A stretch of DNA of 63,316 nt, counting the filler, from Collodictyon triciliatum (taxonomy: Eukaryota): the NCBI GenBank assembly GCA_043381765.1. It is 8 parts of 8 records of this genome, joined end to end, with 100 filler letters (N's around TTAATTAATTAA, not from the genome) between each part and the next. Parts side by side here need not be neighbours in the genome. Positions count along the whole stretch, not along the records: positions 23,776 to 31,863 come from JBHJMP010003599.1; positions 31,964 to 40,039 come from JBHJMP010003600.1; positions 40,140 to 48,215 come from JBHJMP010003601.1; 5 more parts are not named here. One strand, written 5' to 3'. The notes under the pieces were generated by a model. It saw nothing but the letters and a program-made list of their open reading frames with translations. It was not told the origin of the DNA and ran no database searches. Made by a program: the position numbers and the translations under genes. Positions 31,653 to 45,937 of this stretch are shown here, in pieces; the stretch's first letter is position 1, and each line of letters starts with the position of its first letter.

Positions 31653-32185
31653 GTATTAAGCCTTCATAATTGATATTTCATTACTCATGTATAATCATGA
31701 TTTCAAACTATTATCGTATGAATTTTAATACAATATTCCGGTATATACTTTTTATTTATTTATTTTTTAGTATTTATTTTTTTAGTATTTATTTTTTTAG
31801 TATTTATTTTTTTAGTATTTATTTTTTTAGTATTTATTTTTTTAGTATTTATTTTTTTAGTATNNNNNNNNNNNNNNNNNNNNNNNNNNNNNNNNNNNNN
31901 NNNNNNNTTAATTAATTAANNNNNNNNNNNNNNNNNNNNNNNNNNNNNNNNNNNNNNNNNNNNCTCTTTTTTTATCTCTCTTTTTTTATCTCTCTTTTTT
32001 TATCTCTCTTTTTTTATCTCTCTTTTTTTATCTCTCTTTTTTTATCTCTCTTTTTTTATCTCTTTTTTATCTCTTTTTTATCTCTTTTTTATCTCTTTTT
32101 TTCCTTCCTTTTCTCCTTCCTTTTCTCTTCCATGCCACTATAACCCATATCCATCGACTGCGATTGCACGACCTTCTGAATGCAG

Positions 32186-32531
32186 GTCACGACGAACTGG
32201 GACGGAGTGCAACTGGGAGATGAGCAGCGCACCGACAAGTTTCTCGCATTGATGGGGATGAAGAAGAAAGCCGCCGAGAACGCAGCCGCCGAATCCCACA
32301 GCACATCCCCGGTGAGTTTCTCGTCCGTATCCCGCCCACTCCCCGTTTCTTGGCGTCCCGGTTTTTCTTCTGCGTTTGGGATATAACCTCACAGAAACGG
32401 CCTCAAACAAGGGTTCTGCGTTGAAGCACGCGATGTCCACGGACGAACAGCAGCGGCTCTTCAAGGAGCAGGAGCAAGTCTACGAGTCGTATGTGAACCG
32501 CTCGTCGAAGGGCATCGGCTTTCGCTCCTGA
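32186..32531 (+). CDS. 3' exons of a small acidic protein (SMAP)-domain gene
   Basis: TNWDGVQLGDEQRTDKFLALMGMKK, then EQQRLFKEQEQVYE...SKGIGFRS*. The 5' end is lost at the contig start. Confidence 0.75.
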
Positions 32532-33544
32532 TTCCCCTTGGGTCGGCCTCTTGACGTCTTGGATTCACGGCCCAACCAAACTAAACTACACGGCACACTT
32601 TTTCTTTTTCTTTTTCCTCTTCTTTTTTTTTAGATGAAGAGTTTAAAAAAAAGTAGTTTAAGGTAAGGGCGATAGTGGAGTGGGATGCTTTTTGTGGTTG
32701 TGGTTGTTGTTGTGATTGAACAAGACGCAGCGACAAAGCAAACACGAGTTTCTAATGGATGATGTCCTGAGTGTTGTGATGTGCAGAACTTAACAAACAG
32801 GACAGAGTGTTTCAAGGCCTATATGTGCAATCGACAAACAACTATCTTGAAGGGAATCGGGAAGCACAAGAAAACTGATGACAGCGCATCTTTCCAACAA
32901 CAATTTCCTGTCAACATAGGCTCGCTTTTGAGACAGTTATAAATGAAATATTTTATTTAAAATCGAGTATGCTCTTGGGTCATTGAAAGAACATAAGGAG
33001 GAAGAAAAAAAAAAAAGAGGAAAAGCCTATGCAGCATGCCATGAAATCATTGGTAGGATTGAGTTGTGATGACGAGGGGATTAATATAAAGATAGCGCGC
33101 ATAAATTATATCCGATTATTGAAAAATAAATCTTTTTTTTTTCGAAAAACAAAAAAACTGAATAATAACTATAGCTTCCTTTGACGAAAGAAACGTGACA
33201 CATCCACCATGTTTACAGAAGATGATGAGAATAGAAAACTTGCATAAGGAGAATGAAAGAAAAAGGTAAAAAAGAAAGAAAAAAAAAGACTACAAAGGAA
33301 TGCAATTTGTTACAATGACGAAATGCTGCAAGCCAACCCCTCAATACAGGGTCATCCTGAAAACACCATGGTATGCTGGGTGCGTGCTTCAAAGGTGGGC
33401 TGACAGCTCCCATCTCAGCACCGCCGCAACGCTCCTTCCACGCGCACGCTCACTGCTCAGACTCAGACTAAGACTCAGAATCAGACTCAGACTCAGACTC
33501 TGGCACCAACAAAGCCTCCGATAAAGATTCATAGCCCAGCTCAT

Positions 33545-36500
33545 CTACTTGCGCAGCTTACTCGGCGGCACGTCAAACTTGGATGGGGCTCGGTTCATGT
33601 TGATTGGAACCACATACGAGTCCCTGCGACCAGAGCTGGAGCTAATGTAGTTGCCGGATCCGCTGCTGTGGCCTGACTGGGAGGACGACGAGTTGGGTCC
33701 GGAGTATCCCGCGTATCTCTGCGAGGTCGGCTGGCGCGCAGGATAGACAGCTGTGGCGGGCGGAGTTGCGCTGCGACTGCTCGGGCCTATGTCAAATGTT
33801 TACTTTATCATTCGGCCGCCATAATCCAAGGAATCATATGTGTCTGCCACACATCCAGCAGGCAGGATGCGGGGCTGACGGCAGAGTAAATGTACGTGGC
33901 ACACATTACCTCGAATGTTGGGCTGAAACATCGGGGCAGGAAACGGCGTTGAAGGCTTCCCACGACTGTGGACTAGCATGTGAAATGGCATGTTCGAGTT
34001 AGAAGATGAGGCCAGCACGGGCGTAAAGAGCAAGAGAGGTGGGATTTGCATGTGAATGAAGGCACAAACAAGACGATGGATATGGCGAGTGAGGTGTGCG
34101 CGAGTAGGAGTTTGAATTCGAGCCTGAACTTGAGTTTGAGGTTGGATTGGCGTTTGAGCTGGAATGCGAGTTGGGCGGTGAAACGTATGAGCCTCGTGTC
34201 GAACTGCTGCTTTGAGGAGACGGCGAGGAGGAATGCAGATGCGCTGGAGAGCTGGGGACCGGGCCAGACCTGTGTGACTCCACAGCAGCTCCGTCGCGGG
34301 ATGACTGGCCACCAGAGCTCACGGGCGAAATGATTCTGGCGTTTGCTGGCTCTGGTGTGTTTTTGGGTGCGCCTGAGGATGACGGAGAACCCGCCGGGGG
34401 CTGCGATGTCTTTTTGTGCTTTGTTCCAGGGGTGGAGTGTGGGTCTTCTTTGGCCTTGTCCGCAGCTTCGCAGGGGTCTTTTGCTGCGATTATGCTTGTG
34501 ACTGCGCTTGAGTTGTCTGTCGTGATTTGGGCGTGCTGAGCAACGACGGTTTGTGAGGGTGATGTGTTTGCAGTGCCTGCCGCACTGGGTGCAGCAGATG
34601 CTGTTTTCGCAGGCACGACTGGGCTGTGATGAAGCATCATTGTGTCTGGCTTGGTTTGTGACTCTGGTGCCTGGTTTGTGCGGGACACAGGGGTGGAATG
34701 CGATGGAGATGGAGATGGAGACTGGGATATTTTTGTGTTTGAGGAATGAATATCGGTGCTTGACTCTGTTCGCATGTCTTTGGCTCTGGACTGAGAGCTT
34801 GGCGTGTGTAAAGTTGAGGATGCATCTTTCCGCTTTGTTCCCTCTGTGCGATGCGAAATGGACGCTCCGTTCTCAGCTACGTGTGCGGAGGGTCAGATTG
34901 GTGCTACAAATGGATAAGATACAAGAGAGGGATACTCTAGAAAATGAATGAATATATATATATATATTGCAGATTCCACGTGGTAATAGTAGCATATGTG
35001 GAATATGAATTTGTAAATACAGCTGCGATTATAGCGGCTGTCATTCTCCGCCCGCTCCGAGATGCCTTTTGAATCGCTTGGGTGCTGGCCTCTAAATAAA
35101 ACAAATGCTTGCTTTAGGAAAGCCAGTGGCATGCATCGCATCAATATATAATACTGATGGTGCGAATAACAATCTAAAAAAAAAAAAGAAAAGGCGATGT
35201 TATGGTGGGTTAAAATAATACATTTTCGAAACCCCTTGGTCTGAAGGAACCGATCTGGATGACGAATGGGACGACCTGGAGGATGACTCATGAGGTACTG
35301 CTGATGGTTTCTGGGTTGAGCCTTCATTCGAACTCAACAGAGTTTTTTCTAAATATTACAATAGTTGTCAAAGAAAAAGAAGAAGGGAAGGGATTTGTTA
35401 AAAGTATTCGATGCGATGTAATCTATGTATCAAGGGGCGAAAGAGGATTTCTCAAAAAGTGAAGATTCAACCATGCAGTATGGCAAGAGTAGAACCTTTG
35501 CTAGAAGAGGACGGGTTTTCCAGGCGGGATACCATAAAGGGTCCATTGTTTTCAGACTTGAAGCTTGAAGAACTGCGGGGTGAGTGTCTATGCTCCTTCG
35601 TTTCTGCGCAATTACTTCTCGAATTTGACTCTTTTGAATCCTTTTGCATTTTCGAATGCATTGCAGCAGGAGAATGAGATAGTTTGCCTTCTGGAATAGT
35701 TTCGACAGTATCTAATGATATTGGAGGCATAATGGAAGTGGAAGGACAGATCGTCTCCTCCCTATGCTCAGTGCTACTTTTAGGGACATCGTCCTGAGTC
35801 CGACGTGATCTGTATTCACTCAGTGACAGTTTCTTTTGGTTAGCAGATGGAGTGCCGGTAAGAGAGGCTGATGAAAGTGTCGGGGATTCGGGGATATTAT
35901 TTGTTAATGCGGGCTTCTCTATGGGCGAGGAGATTAGCGCGTTGGTTGAGGTTGCCCCATCCAAAGACATTTCTGTTTCGTTAGTCAGGAGCTGAGCCGG
36001 TGCTTCTGCTGGACTTGAAGATTTTGGGTGGGATTTTGATGAATCGCTCACAAGTACAGAGGTTTCTTGTTCCAGTTGATGAGAAATATCTTTGCTTGCT
36101 AACAGATTGCTCGCTTCATTTGTACTTGCGTTCGTATCCTTGCCGTTTATTTCCGAGATACTTTCTTTCGGAATAGAAGCCACCGAGTATGCGTGAAGGG
36201 TTACTGCAGGAACATCAGCCAAAAGTACATTCAGACAGGGAACTACATCAGTTGCCGCTATTGTGCTAGGATTGACAGATGAATTACTGGCATTATCGGC
36301 CTTATCTGGATAGCCTTGTACACTTAATTCTGGTTGATTTGATGTTGGTTGCTTGTTCGATGGGACGATGACATCAACGTCCATGACTTGGTTTCTAAGG
36401 TGGTTGCATAAAACTGTCAGTTATTGAAACACATAGCTGATACCATAAAGTGCAAGTTGATGGAGTTTCCACAATCATATCTATTGTATATGAAACTTTT

Positions 36501-37269
36501 ACGCTGACTTTGAAAGGAGATATAAAAAAATTACACTGACATGGGTTTCGTTACATGGCTCAATCTCAGAGTATCCTTGGGTATCGAGTCTAGACAAGAT
36601 GGCGTGCGTTTAATACAGGTAAATAAATGAACGCAAATAGCTTCACGACAAAATATCCCAATTTTATGTGTTAAATTATATAAAAATAGGAGAAAAAGGA
36701 ATGTGGTCACCTTGATGTATAAAGTATTTTTTCATCCCCATCGGTCCGCAATACTCAGCAGACAGTTTATGAATTGATTTACCGTCAACCATCCTATATA
36801 AAGTTGGCATTATTTCAATAATGAAAATAGAAATGAAAATGATAAAAGAAAAATCATTTAATTTTGTTGTATGAACTATTGATTGAGGAAAGAGGCAATA
36901 AATAACCACAAATAGCACTCTTTCATTTCGTGGTGTGGTTTACTTTCTCAACTTACGATGAAAAGAATCTATCTTTTGCCAGAATAAGATACTTCTTGAT
37001 AAATTTTTGCTCGTTGGCTAGTTTTATCCCTGGATTTGAAGGTTCGGCTGGAAGGAAAGGATGCATTATTGAATTTGAGTTGGAGCGGCTTGTTCGAGGT
37101 TCGAGGTCTGCAAAGCTTCTGGAATATCTCTCGACTTTAAAAGTGTCTTCATCTATGACTCCCTGGTGTTCTTTCTCAGCCGGATATTCCATACTCTCTT
37201 CTACGCTTCTAGGAGAGAGTACAACTTCTGCCTCTTTCTCATTTAATTCCTTGCTCTCAAGCTTATCTT
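33545..37269 (-). CDS. Large Ser/Pro/Thr-rich low-complexity protein of unknown function (5' end in gap)
   Basis: Long ORFs at 36953-37269, 35467-36384 and 33999-34775. The 3' exons join by canonical GT-AG introns and end ...SKFDVPPSKLRK*. It contains a KKLSLSEYRSR motif. Confidence 0.65.
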
Positions 37270-37997
37270 NNNNNNNNNNNNNNNNNNNNNNNNNNNNNNN
37301 NNNNNNNNNNNNNNNNNNNNNNNNNNNNNNNNNNNNNNNNNNNNNNNNNNNNNNNNNNNNNNNNNNNNNNNNNNNNNNNNNNNNNNNNNNNNNNNNNNNN
37401 NNNNNNNNNNNNNNNNNNNNNNNNNNNNNNNNNNNNNNNNNNNNNNNNNNNNNNNNNNNNNNNNNNNNNNNNNNNNNNNNNNNNNNNNNNNNNNNNNNNN
37501 NNNNNNNNNNNNNNNNNNNNNNNNNNNNNNNNNNNNNNNNNNNNNNNNNNNNNNNNNNNNNNNNNNNNNNNNNNNNNNNNNNNNNNNNNNNNNNNNNNNN
37601 NNNNNNNNNNNNNNNNNNNNNNNNNNNNNNNNNNNNNNNNNNNNNNNNNNNNNNNNNNNNNNNNNNNNNNNNNNNNNNNNNNNNNNNNNNNNNNNNNNNN
37701 NNNNNNNNNNNNNNNNNNNNNNNNNNNNNNNNNNNNNNNNNNNNNNNNNNNNNNNNNNNNNNNNNNNNNNNNNNNNNNNNNNNNNNNNNNNNNNNNNNNN
37801 NNNNNNNNNNNNNNNNNNNNNNNNNNNNNNNNNNNNNNNNNNNNNNNNNNNNNNNNNNNNNNNNNNNNNNNNNNNNNNNNNNNNNNNNNNNNNNNNNNNN
37901 NNNNNNNNNNNNNNNNNNNNNNNNNNNNNNNNNNNNNNNNNNNNNNNNNNNNNNNNNATTAAAAAAAATCATGTAACATTTACATCACCATCCGCAG

Positions 37998-39850
37998 ACG
38001 CCGTATTGTTTAGGAAAGATCCATACACGATTCTTGGTGTTTCTAGATCCGCCTCCAAAGATGAAATAAAGCAAGCATACTACAAGGTTTTTCTGTCTGT
38101 TTGTTCGTTTTTATCTTGCAAGCATATGAATAATCGTCAGTATTTTTTAAAGACATTTTATTTCACGATATATCTATGGTTTTTTTTTTAAAAAAAAAGA
38201 AACTTAATTTTTCAGCTCGCAAAAAAGTATCACCCAGACTTGAACAAGAATGACTCAGACGCTGCAGAGAAGTTTCGAGAAATAAATGCAGCATATGAAG
38301 TATGCATTTTTGAGGCATCTCCATCTGTTCTTCCTTTTGGTTTTCTTCCCTTTATTTCTCTCCGCTTTTTCCGTTTTCTACTTTATTTAGGGGGTTCAAG
38401 TCATCGAGATTATATATATGTACCTAATGCATACTCTCTTGTTTCTTAGATTCTTAGTGACGACAAAAAGGCATCGTCGTATCAGAACTCGGGGTATTCC
38501 GCCCCTGAATACGATCCATCACGGGCATACCAAGACCCTTTCAGTATATTTGAGGAGTTTATGAGAAACTTTACAGGACAAGGCGATGGCTATTCGGAAC
38601 AAAAGGTAAGCAGTTTGTAACAAATCCCAATAACGTCACTTTGACTATGTGTGGGATGCTACCGCAGAAAGATGCATGTATTTTGAGTGTGAAAACCTAA
38701 ACTTGCAAATAAATATGCAAATCAACATAGGCATATGATATGAATTTGAGCTTTTTGGAGGCTGTGAATGGGTGTGAAAAAGACTTTACATACAACTCAC
38801 TCGCTACATGTGATACTTGCTCTGGGACAAAGAAAGGCCCTAACTCAAGAGTCATCCGATGTACGACATGTGGAGGCTCTGGAGTCGTATGTTTCATTTC
38901 GGATGCATAATATCTATTTTATCTCTTTCAGCTATTATTTTTAAATAGATATATAATTTATAGGTGCAACACAGATTAGGCATCATGGCTATGCAGATGC
39001 CATGTCCAAACTGCCGTGGGTCGGGTTCCTTTATTTCCAATCCGTGTTCCCCATGCAAGGGCAGTGGCTTTGTTGAGAAACAAAGAACAGTTACAGTAAA
39101 CATACCAGCAGGTTTTTTTTTTCCTAACAGTATTACAATTAGTAGTCTCCTTTCGTCTGCACCTCCAAACCTCTGAATATAATAAATAATTTTTATGTTT
39201 GCTTTTTCCCCTTTATTTCTTTGTGATCCAATAGAAAACTAACAGAAAAATTGAATCTTCATGTTAATAGGTGTCAACACCGGTGATGTTATCCACGGAA
39301 AGGCTATGAGGGACTTAGTTCTTCGCATACGAGTAATTCATTTCCTATGGATATTTTTTTTATTCTTATTGTTATTTTTTTATCTTTCCTCTCATCTAAT
39401 TAAATGCTAATTTCTCTTATTGATTCGCTTTTAACTTTATCGAGCCATAAACTGAATGCTCTCCATGAAAGGTTCAACCCCACGAATACTTTAGAAGGGA
39501 AGGCGACGATATTCATGTGAACATTAAATTGAATCTGGCCCAGGCTCTGTTGGGCGGAAAACTTACTGTCCCGACGATTCGCTCTCCTTATGAATTTGAG
39601 GTACGCCTTAACTACTCTATCATGCTAATTCAGCAAGCTCCTATAAACCCTTTTTCTTATCCTTGAATCGCCTCGATAGTTTATCAAATAAGCCTATTCG
39701 TTCACTTATCAATCTAGCATATTCAAATTTTCAGATTCCCAGGGGAGTTCAGCCAAATGACAAGAAAGTTATTCGTAACTTAGGTGTTAAGGACACCCGC
39801 ATCAATCGCTTCGGTGATATGCACATTCATTTTCTCATTGAGCTGCCAAA
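37998..39850 (+). CDS. Type I DnaJ/Hsp40 (DNAJA3/Mdj1-like, probably mitochondrial), partial
   Basis: J domain KDPYTILGV...LAKKYHPD, four CxxCxGxx repeats ([31 protein letters not shown]), and C-terminal FRREGDDIH...QALLGG. Confidence 0.9.
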
Positions 39851-40139
39851 GTATGTTCTTTTTATTCTTCTGCTTTTTCCTGCTTTTTCTTCTGCTTTTT
39901 CTTCTCTTCTTTTTCTTTTTCTTTTTCTTTTTCTTTTTCTTTTTCTTTTTCTTTTTCTTTTTCTTTTTCTTTTTCTTTTTCTTCGTCTTTTTCTTCGACT
40001 TTTTCTTCGTCTTTTTCTTCGTCTTTTTCTTCGTCTTTTNNNNNNNNNNNNNNNNNNNNNNNNNNNNNNNNNNNNNNNNNNNNTTAATTAATTAANNNNN
40101 NNNNNNNNNNNNNNNNNNNNNNNNNNNNNNNNNNNNNNN

Positions 40140-40233
<94 letters not shown>
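40140..40233. repeat. (AAT)n microsatellite at a contig end
   Basis: Seen directly. Confidence 0.95.
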
Positions 40234-40234
<1 letters not shown>

Positions 40235-40290
40235 GTAGGTATCTGGTGATTAGGTCAGCGTTGTATGATGGAAGGGAGAATGAATCTCAC

Positions 40291-43200
40291 GTGTCAGCAT
40301 CACCCGCTTCCATTACTAACTCGCTGAGGGTCTGGGTGAAGTCGTTGGAGTGGAGTTGAACAAATCCACACGCCATGGCTTTGTATGTGTACCTGGCATA
40401 TCACCGCAGGAAAAAAAAAGGGGGCTTCAGGAGAGACAGAAATATATAGACTAATTTCGTAATAATATTCATTTACTCTTGGTAGAGACACGCATCCATA
40501 TCCCATTTTACAGCGAGCAACGAATGAGTCTCGGATATGCATAGATTCTGTTCAGGTATTTACCCTATGGCCGGTGTCGAATGAAGCTCTAGGTCTTGGA
40601 AGGTTCTGGCATTGAAGTATTGTAGAAACTCTTGTCGATATTCTTCATTCTTAACATAGGGAAGGGAGCGGTAAAGTATTTCTTGTTTGAAGGCCGCAAA
40701 CTTAATTTATGGTGTAAAAGTGGTGTTAGTTGTGAATAGATCAAACCCGAAAATGGCATGTCAATGAATCAAGTTTTATTTTCTTTTGATACATTAGTCT
40801 GGACAATTTAACACATAGAAAGAAAAGGGGGTTCAATAATCACCTCATGGGGTTTATACATATCGTACTTTCCTTGAAGTATTAGAGCGATTGCTACTGT
40901 TATAGCCACTGCAGACGCTGTGCATCTTTCATCGAAATGGGTCACCTAATGGAGGAGAGAATATAACTACAGACATTCGTGTAGATTGAATAAAATCCTT
41001 GCTTGTTAATATATTGAGCTTACAGTGGATATTTTTATCGTGTTTTCGACGACTTTATCCAAATTCCAGAAGAAAGGAATCCCGAGAACAGATGTCCTCA
41101 TCACTGATCCGTTTGCTGCCGCCATCGGTTTTCTCTCTTCATTCACTAAATAAGATGCCTGACAAGTGTGTCAGTGTTTTTATAACATAACATAACATAA
41201 CATAACATAACATAACATAACATAACATAACATAACATAACATAACATAACATAACATAACATAACATAACATAACATAACATAACATAGAAAAACGAAG
41301 CGATTATGATAATGAATCCATATAGTCTAATGGTGCCATATTAACACACTAGCAAAGCAAGTATCCGTAATTGAAAAAGACTTCGTATGGATCCTGCAGA
41401 AAACTCTTGTGGTAGACAACAGAACCTAGAGCGATGGTTGCAAATTAGCTACTGAGTGAATAAATATGGAAATATAGCGATACGCAGATTTAATACTTTA
41501 TTTCCCTTACCAACTGTCATCCCTAAACCAAACCCTACATAGTCTCCTATCTCTGGAAATCCTCTTTCGACCCAGTGGCGGAGTCGGTGAGCGAATTGAA
41601 GAGAGTCCACCTAAAAAGCACCAAAATTAAAATATCCATAAGATTAATAAAGGGGAAAAAAAATATCCATAAGATTAAATGAGAGATTAGGATGTACCTT
41701 CCACCTACAAATATAATAATGTATTTTGATATTACCTCCATGTTGTTGTCCAGTAAAGTTTCTAATATCAGTATTGCTTGGTCTATAGATTATGTGAGTA
41801 TTGATGTTTCATGATCCATCGATAAGAAAATGGAAAAGGGATGTAGCTATCAGAGAAATAGGGCATATATAGGCTGGTCCATTCGCACCTGTATCATCCG
41901 TCCAGTCACCTTTTGCCTGTGTGTGAAAAGGGGGCACATAAGAAAGTAGGTGACATTGAAGGGATGATTAGTGATACAAAATATAGTTTAGGCTGGAAAT
42001 ATATTTCTTCATCATTTTCTCATAAACCAATATTTTCATGTGAGGCGAGTAAGAAATAAATCGAGTCTCAGTTTTATGTATACCCAGCGGCTACGATGCC
42101 TGTCTTGAATAATATCAGAGAATTCTATCACACTTTCTTTATAGTGTTGCTGGGCTTGAGTTTTCGTCATAAATTCGGTGGCTTTATGAATAATGCAAAG
42201 AGTGAGTCTATCAAATCGACACGACTATATATTCTACTAATTTGGCTACTTTCTGTAGTTTAAAAAAAAAAAAATGAAAACGTTTCAATGATTTTTGAGA
42301 CCAAATTAAAAATAAGCGAGGAAATAGACGAGTAAAATACTATGACTTTGGCATAGACTCCAGAATAAAGAAATATACATGAAATTCTAATCGTTACTTT
42401 CTGGAAGTGAGTCCAGAAAAATAAGTATAGACTCAAGTTAGAAAAAAAAAATAGAGGAAAGCAAACTTATATACGACCTTACGTGTGTTTTTATATTAAA
42501 AATTATGAGCTTAAACCATATTCAATGCTTAATATTTTTATATTCATGATGGCTCATGATAGAGTTGTTTGCTGTGGTTTACAAAACACTCAAAAAATGT
42601 ATAAATCATACCAAGTCCTATGGCGTCGCCTATAGCATTTCCTATTCACATAATATAGTTTTGTAATTGGTATATGATCAGCAATATTGACCAGAGTTAA
42701 CAACGAAAGTTTCCTTAAGGCAATCAAATAAATCGCCACATTGATTGGTCTCTCTCTCTCTCTCCGTATTTATAATATAAAAATTCTACCAAATATCACT
42801 CCTAATATCTTGTCTCTGAGTTCCTCTTTCGAAAGTCTAGAACAGCTTGTCTCGTAGACACTAGGCATGCCTTGTAAATCTGTATTGAAGGTTGCGATGA
42901 TGTAACTTAGATGCCGCTTTCAAGTAGATTGCAAATTCAAATGATTGCATCAGAAATAAAGGCCAACAACAAGAAAAGAAAAGAAAAAGGCATACCATTC
43001 ACTGTGACAGGAGCGGATTGGTCGAGCATGGAAAGAATAGCCAAGATCTTGGCAGAGTTGTTTGAGCATTCAATAGGGATTTGCTCGAAAATGGGATTGT
43101 CAGCAATCCAAACATCCCGTAGCTTCGGGCAGCGGGACAAACTTGGTGGGAGCTCTTTGAGTAAGTTCTTTGAGACGGAGACTGATATGAGATTTCTCAA

Positions 43201-43632
43201 ATTGCAGATGGTGTCTGGGATTTTTAGGATCCGGTTATTATTGAGACTGATCTCGCAGAGGCTGGGGAAGTAAACAAAAAGCTCTGGGGGCAACGTCACC
43301 AACAGATTGCGATCGAGATTGAGACGTATAACTCTGTGAAATCGATCCGGGACAAGATAGCGCCTGGGAAAGAGCGTGATGCCCTTTTTGATGACAAAGA
43401 GACTCGGGTGGGCGCAAGCAGCATCTTCCACTGATTATTTATACCAGAATAAGTTTCTATTAGCATAGAGGGAGGAAAGGCTGGGTGGGGTTAGGTTGCA
43501 ACAGAAAGCTGTTAGCAGGAGGTTATAGGGAAGCAAGCTTATGCCCTTTGTATATACTGGATCATTATCGTATTGATCGGGAGTGTGTCCGTCGTCGTGG
43601 AGAGGATTCATTTGATAAGTTGTTGGTTCTGC
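40291..43632 (-). CDS. Leucine-rich repeat plus ADP-ribosylglycohydrolase (ARH/DraG family) fusion protein, 3' end truncated
   Basis: The LRR exon 43430-42995 (LNLDRNLLVTLP, ISLNNNRILKIP, VSVSKNLLKELP, VWIADNP) splices in frame to RDKILGVIFGNAIGDAIGLATEF, KGDWTDDTDQ, AANGSVMRT, VTHFDERC, IGYTYKA and EAGDADT. Confidence 0.85.
41183..41289. repeat. (ACATA)n intronic microsatellite
   Basis: Seen directly. Confidence 0.95.
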
Positions 43633-44885
43633 ACGGAAAAATAAGAGAGCAAAGATATATGAAGGTTGAAGAGACAAGCAACAAACCGCCCTGCTCTGGA
43701 TAAAACATGGGCAAGTCACTCCCTTCCATCGACTTTCTTGGCCGTTTTGTGGAGTGGCAGGCGTGTCAATTTGGTTTAGTTATGTTGCCTTGAAAAAAAA
43801 AAATAATGATTGCGGCATCGGGTGGCTGATTGAAGTCAAGTGTTTTGTTTTTTGTTAAAAAAAGGAAAGAAAAGAAAAGAAAAGAAAAGAAAAGAAAAGA
43901 AAAGAAAAGAAAAGAAAAGGAAAGGAAAGGAAAGAAAAGAAAAGAGAAGAAAAGAAAAGAAAAGAAAAGAAAATAAAATAAAATAAAATAAAGGGCATAA
44001 CGAGGTGGCCTCGTTGGCGTGAATGAAGAGCAGCACTCTCCGATGTCGTGCGGTGACAAGAAAACGCAATAAGACAAAAGAAAGTCCGGTGGATGTTTAT
44101 TATCTATATGTGGGAAATATGATGTAAACCTATTTCCCACATCATGAGTGTACAAAATACTGCAATGCAGTCTGAAAGAAGTGAGTGTTTTAACCACACG
44201 AAGAAGTCATCATTCTATTCGAACGCGCTTGATAGAGGGAGAGAACCAGACTTCTTCAACCCACTATAATCCCAAATGGAAACTGCAGCGTAATCAAGTC
44301 AGCATATTCTCAATCCGCCATGTAGTTTCGTCACTCGCTGACGCAGTAAGCAAAAGCGGATACCTACTAATTGATGGCCGCAAAGGGGCGGGCGCGTATT
44401 CGCCTTCAAATTGCAAGCACACGTCAAAAAACAAAACGCAAAAGCAATAAGAAACAAGAAGCAACAACAACAAGAAGCAACAACAACAAGAAGCAACAAC
44501 AACAAGAAGCAACAACAACAAGAAGCAACAACAACAAGAAACAACAACAACAACAACAAAAAAAAAAAAAACATAAGGAACTATAAGAAACCATAAGAAA
44601 CCATGAGAAACCACAAGAAACCATAAGAAACAAAAAGAAACAAAATAAAACAGACAGATATAGGAGGAAACAGAAGAAACCTTTGAAGTCAAGAGATCGA
44701 GATATATGTGTGTGTGTGGTTGTGAATGACATGGCACTCGGGCACCGCAGCACGGGCGAAGCACTTGAGCCCGGAGCTGCTTCTCTGGCGACTAACTGCA
44801 TCAGACACATAGGATGGGTGCACCCAGGAACGTCGCAAAACAAGCGCACCCAAGCAACTCATCCCTGCGCTGGCTACCCAGCTGG

Positions 44886-45898
44886 ATGGCTCACTTTTTT
44901 CAAAAGTGTTTCTTGATTTGCAAGGCCTTTGTGGACTTCTTCTTCCAACCTGGTGGCAAGTCAAAGGGTCCCTTTCTCTATTTTCATTCTTTCCTTTCCT
45001 TTCCTCTCGTTTTGTTTTGTTTTGTTCTGTTTTGTTCTGTTTTGTTCTGTTCTGTTCTGTTCTGTTTTGTTTTGTTTTGTTTTGTTTTGTTTTGGTTTGG
45101 TTTGGTTCGATTTGTTTTGATTTGTTTGCTCGCCTACATTCTTTTCTTTTCTATTTTTTTTCTCGTGCACATGAGTGTGGCTATTCACCATATAAACCCA
45201 CCAGAATAAATCCGTGGAAAAAAAGGAGGAAACTTTTTCCACAGAGATGTACTGATTTTATTAAACAGTCGTGAAGGAAGTGCCTCCGCACTGGGCCCCG
45301 CTTATTGAGCACAAAGATTTGGTTACCAAGGACGGTGTGCAGATTCGATACCACTACATGGATCAAAGACTGCCAGAACACAAGCAGCAACATAAGGTGC
45401 GTTTCATCCCTGACCAGAATCCACTACCAACCCAATGAATGCTTTACTCGCTCTCTGCTCTTAATCCTTATTTTTGACTTCCACTAACACCATTTGCTTT
45501 TGGCATCATTATTTTGCTTTGTTGTTCTCTCTTCTCACCATACCTCCTTATGTTATTGGGATTGTATGATTTGTATTGGGTTCATACCTTCCTCCCCATG
45601 TGTGTTCAAATATGGGATGTAGTATTGAATGAGGCGTTAACATGATACGGGTGGCGATTCTATAGGTGCTTGTGCTGGCTTTGGGCCTGGGCAGCCGTAT
45701 GCGCCACTTCGACGTGATTGTACCGCATCTGAGCAAGGAGTACATCATTGTCACATGGGACTATCGTGGGCAGTTTGGTTCGGTGAATCCTCTCATGCAT
45801 TTTGACGAGATTCCTCTAGAGACACATGCGCGAGACTTTGATGCCATAATGACGAAGGAAGGATGGGACGAAGCATACATCATCGCGTGGAGCATGGT

Positions 45899-45937
<39 letters not shown>

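Noticed and set aside
32312-32411. Apparent frameshift in the SMAP gene
   Set aside because: Using the downstream AACAAG acceptor restores the frame.
33788-34075. Apparent in-frame TAA and frameshift in the low-complexity gene, or a 17-nt micro-intron
   Set aside because: Both are resolved by two ordinary GT-AG introns of about 100-120 nt. The micro-intron option gives the wrong frame.
37998-43632. Functional cluster of DnaJ with LRR-ARH (likewise kinase with GalM/SLOB)
   Set aside because: The genes are separated by artificial linkers, so adjacency is not real evidence.
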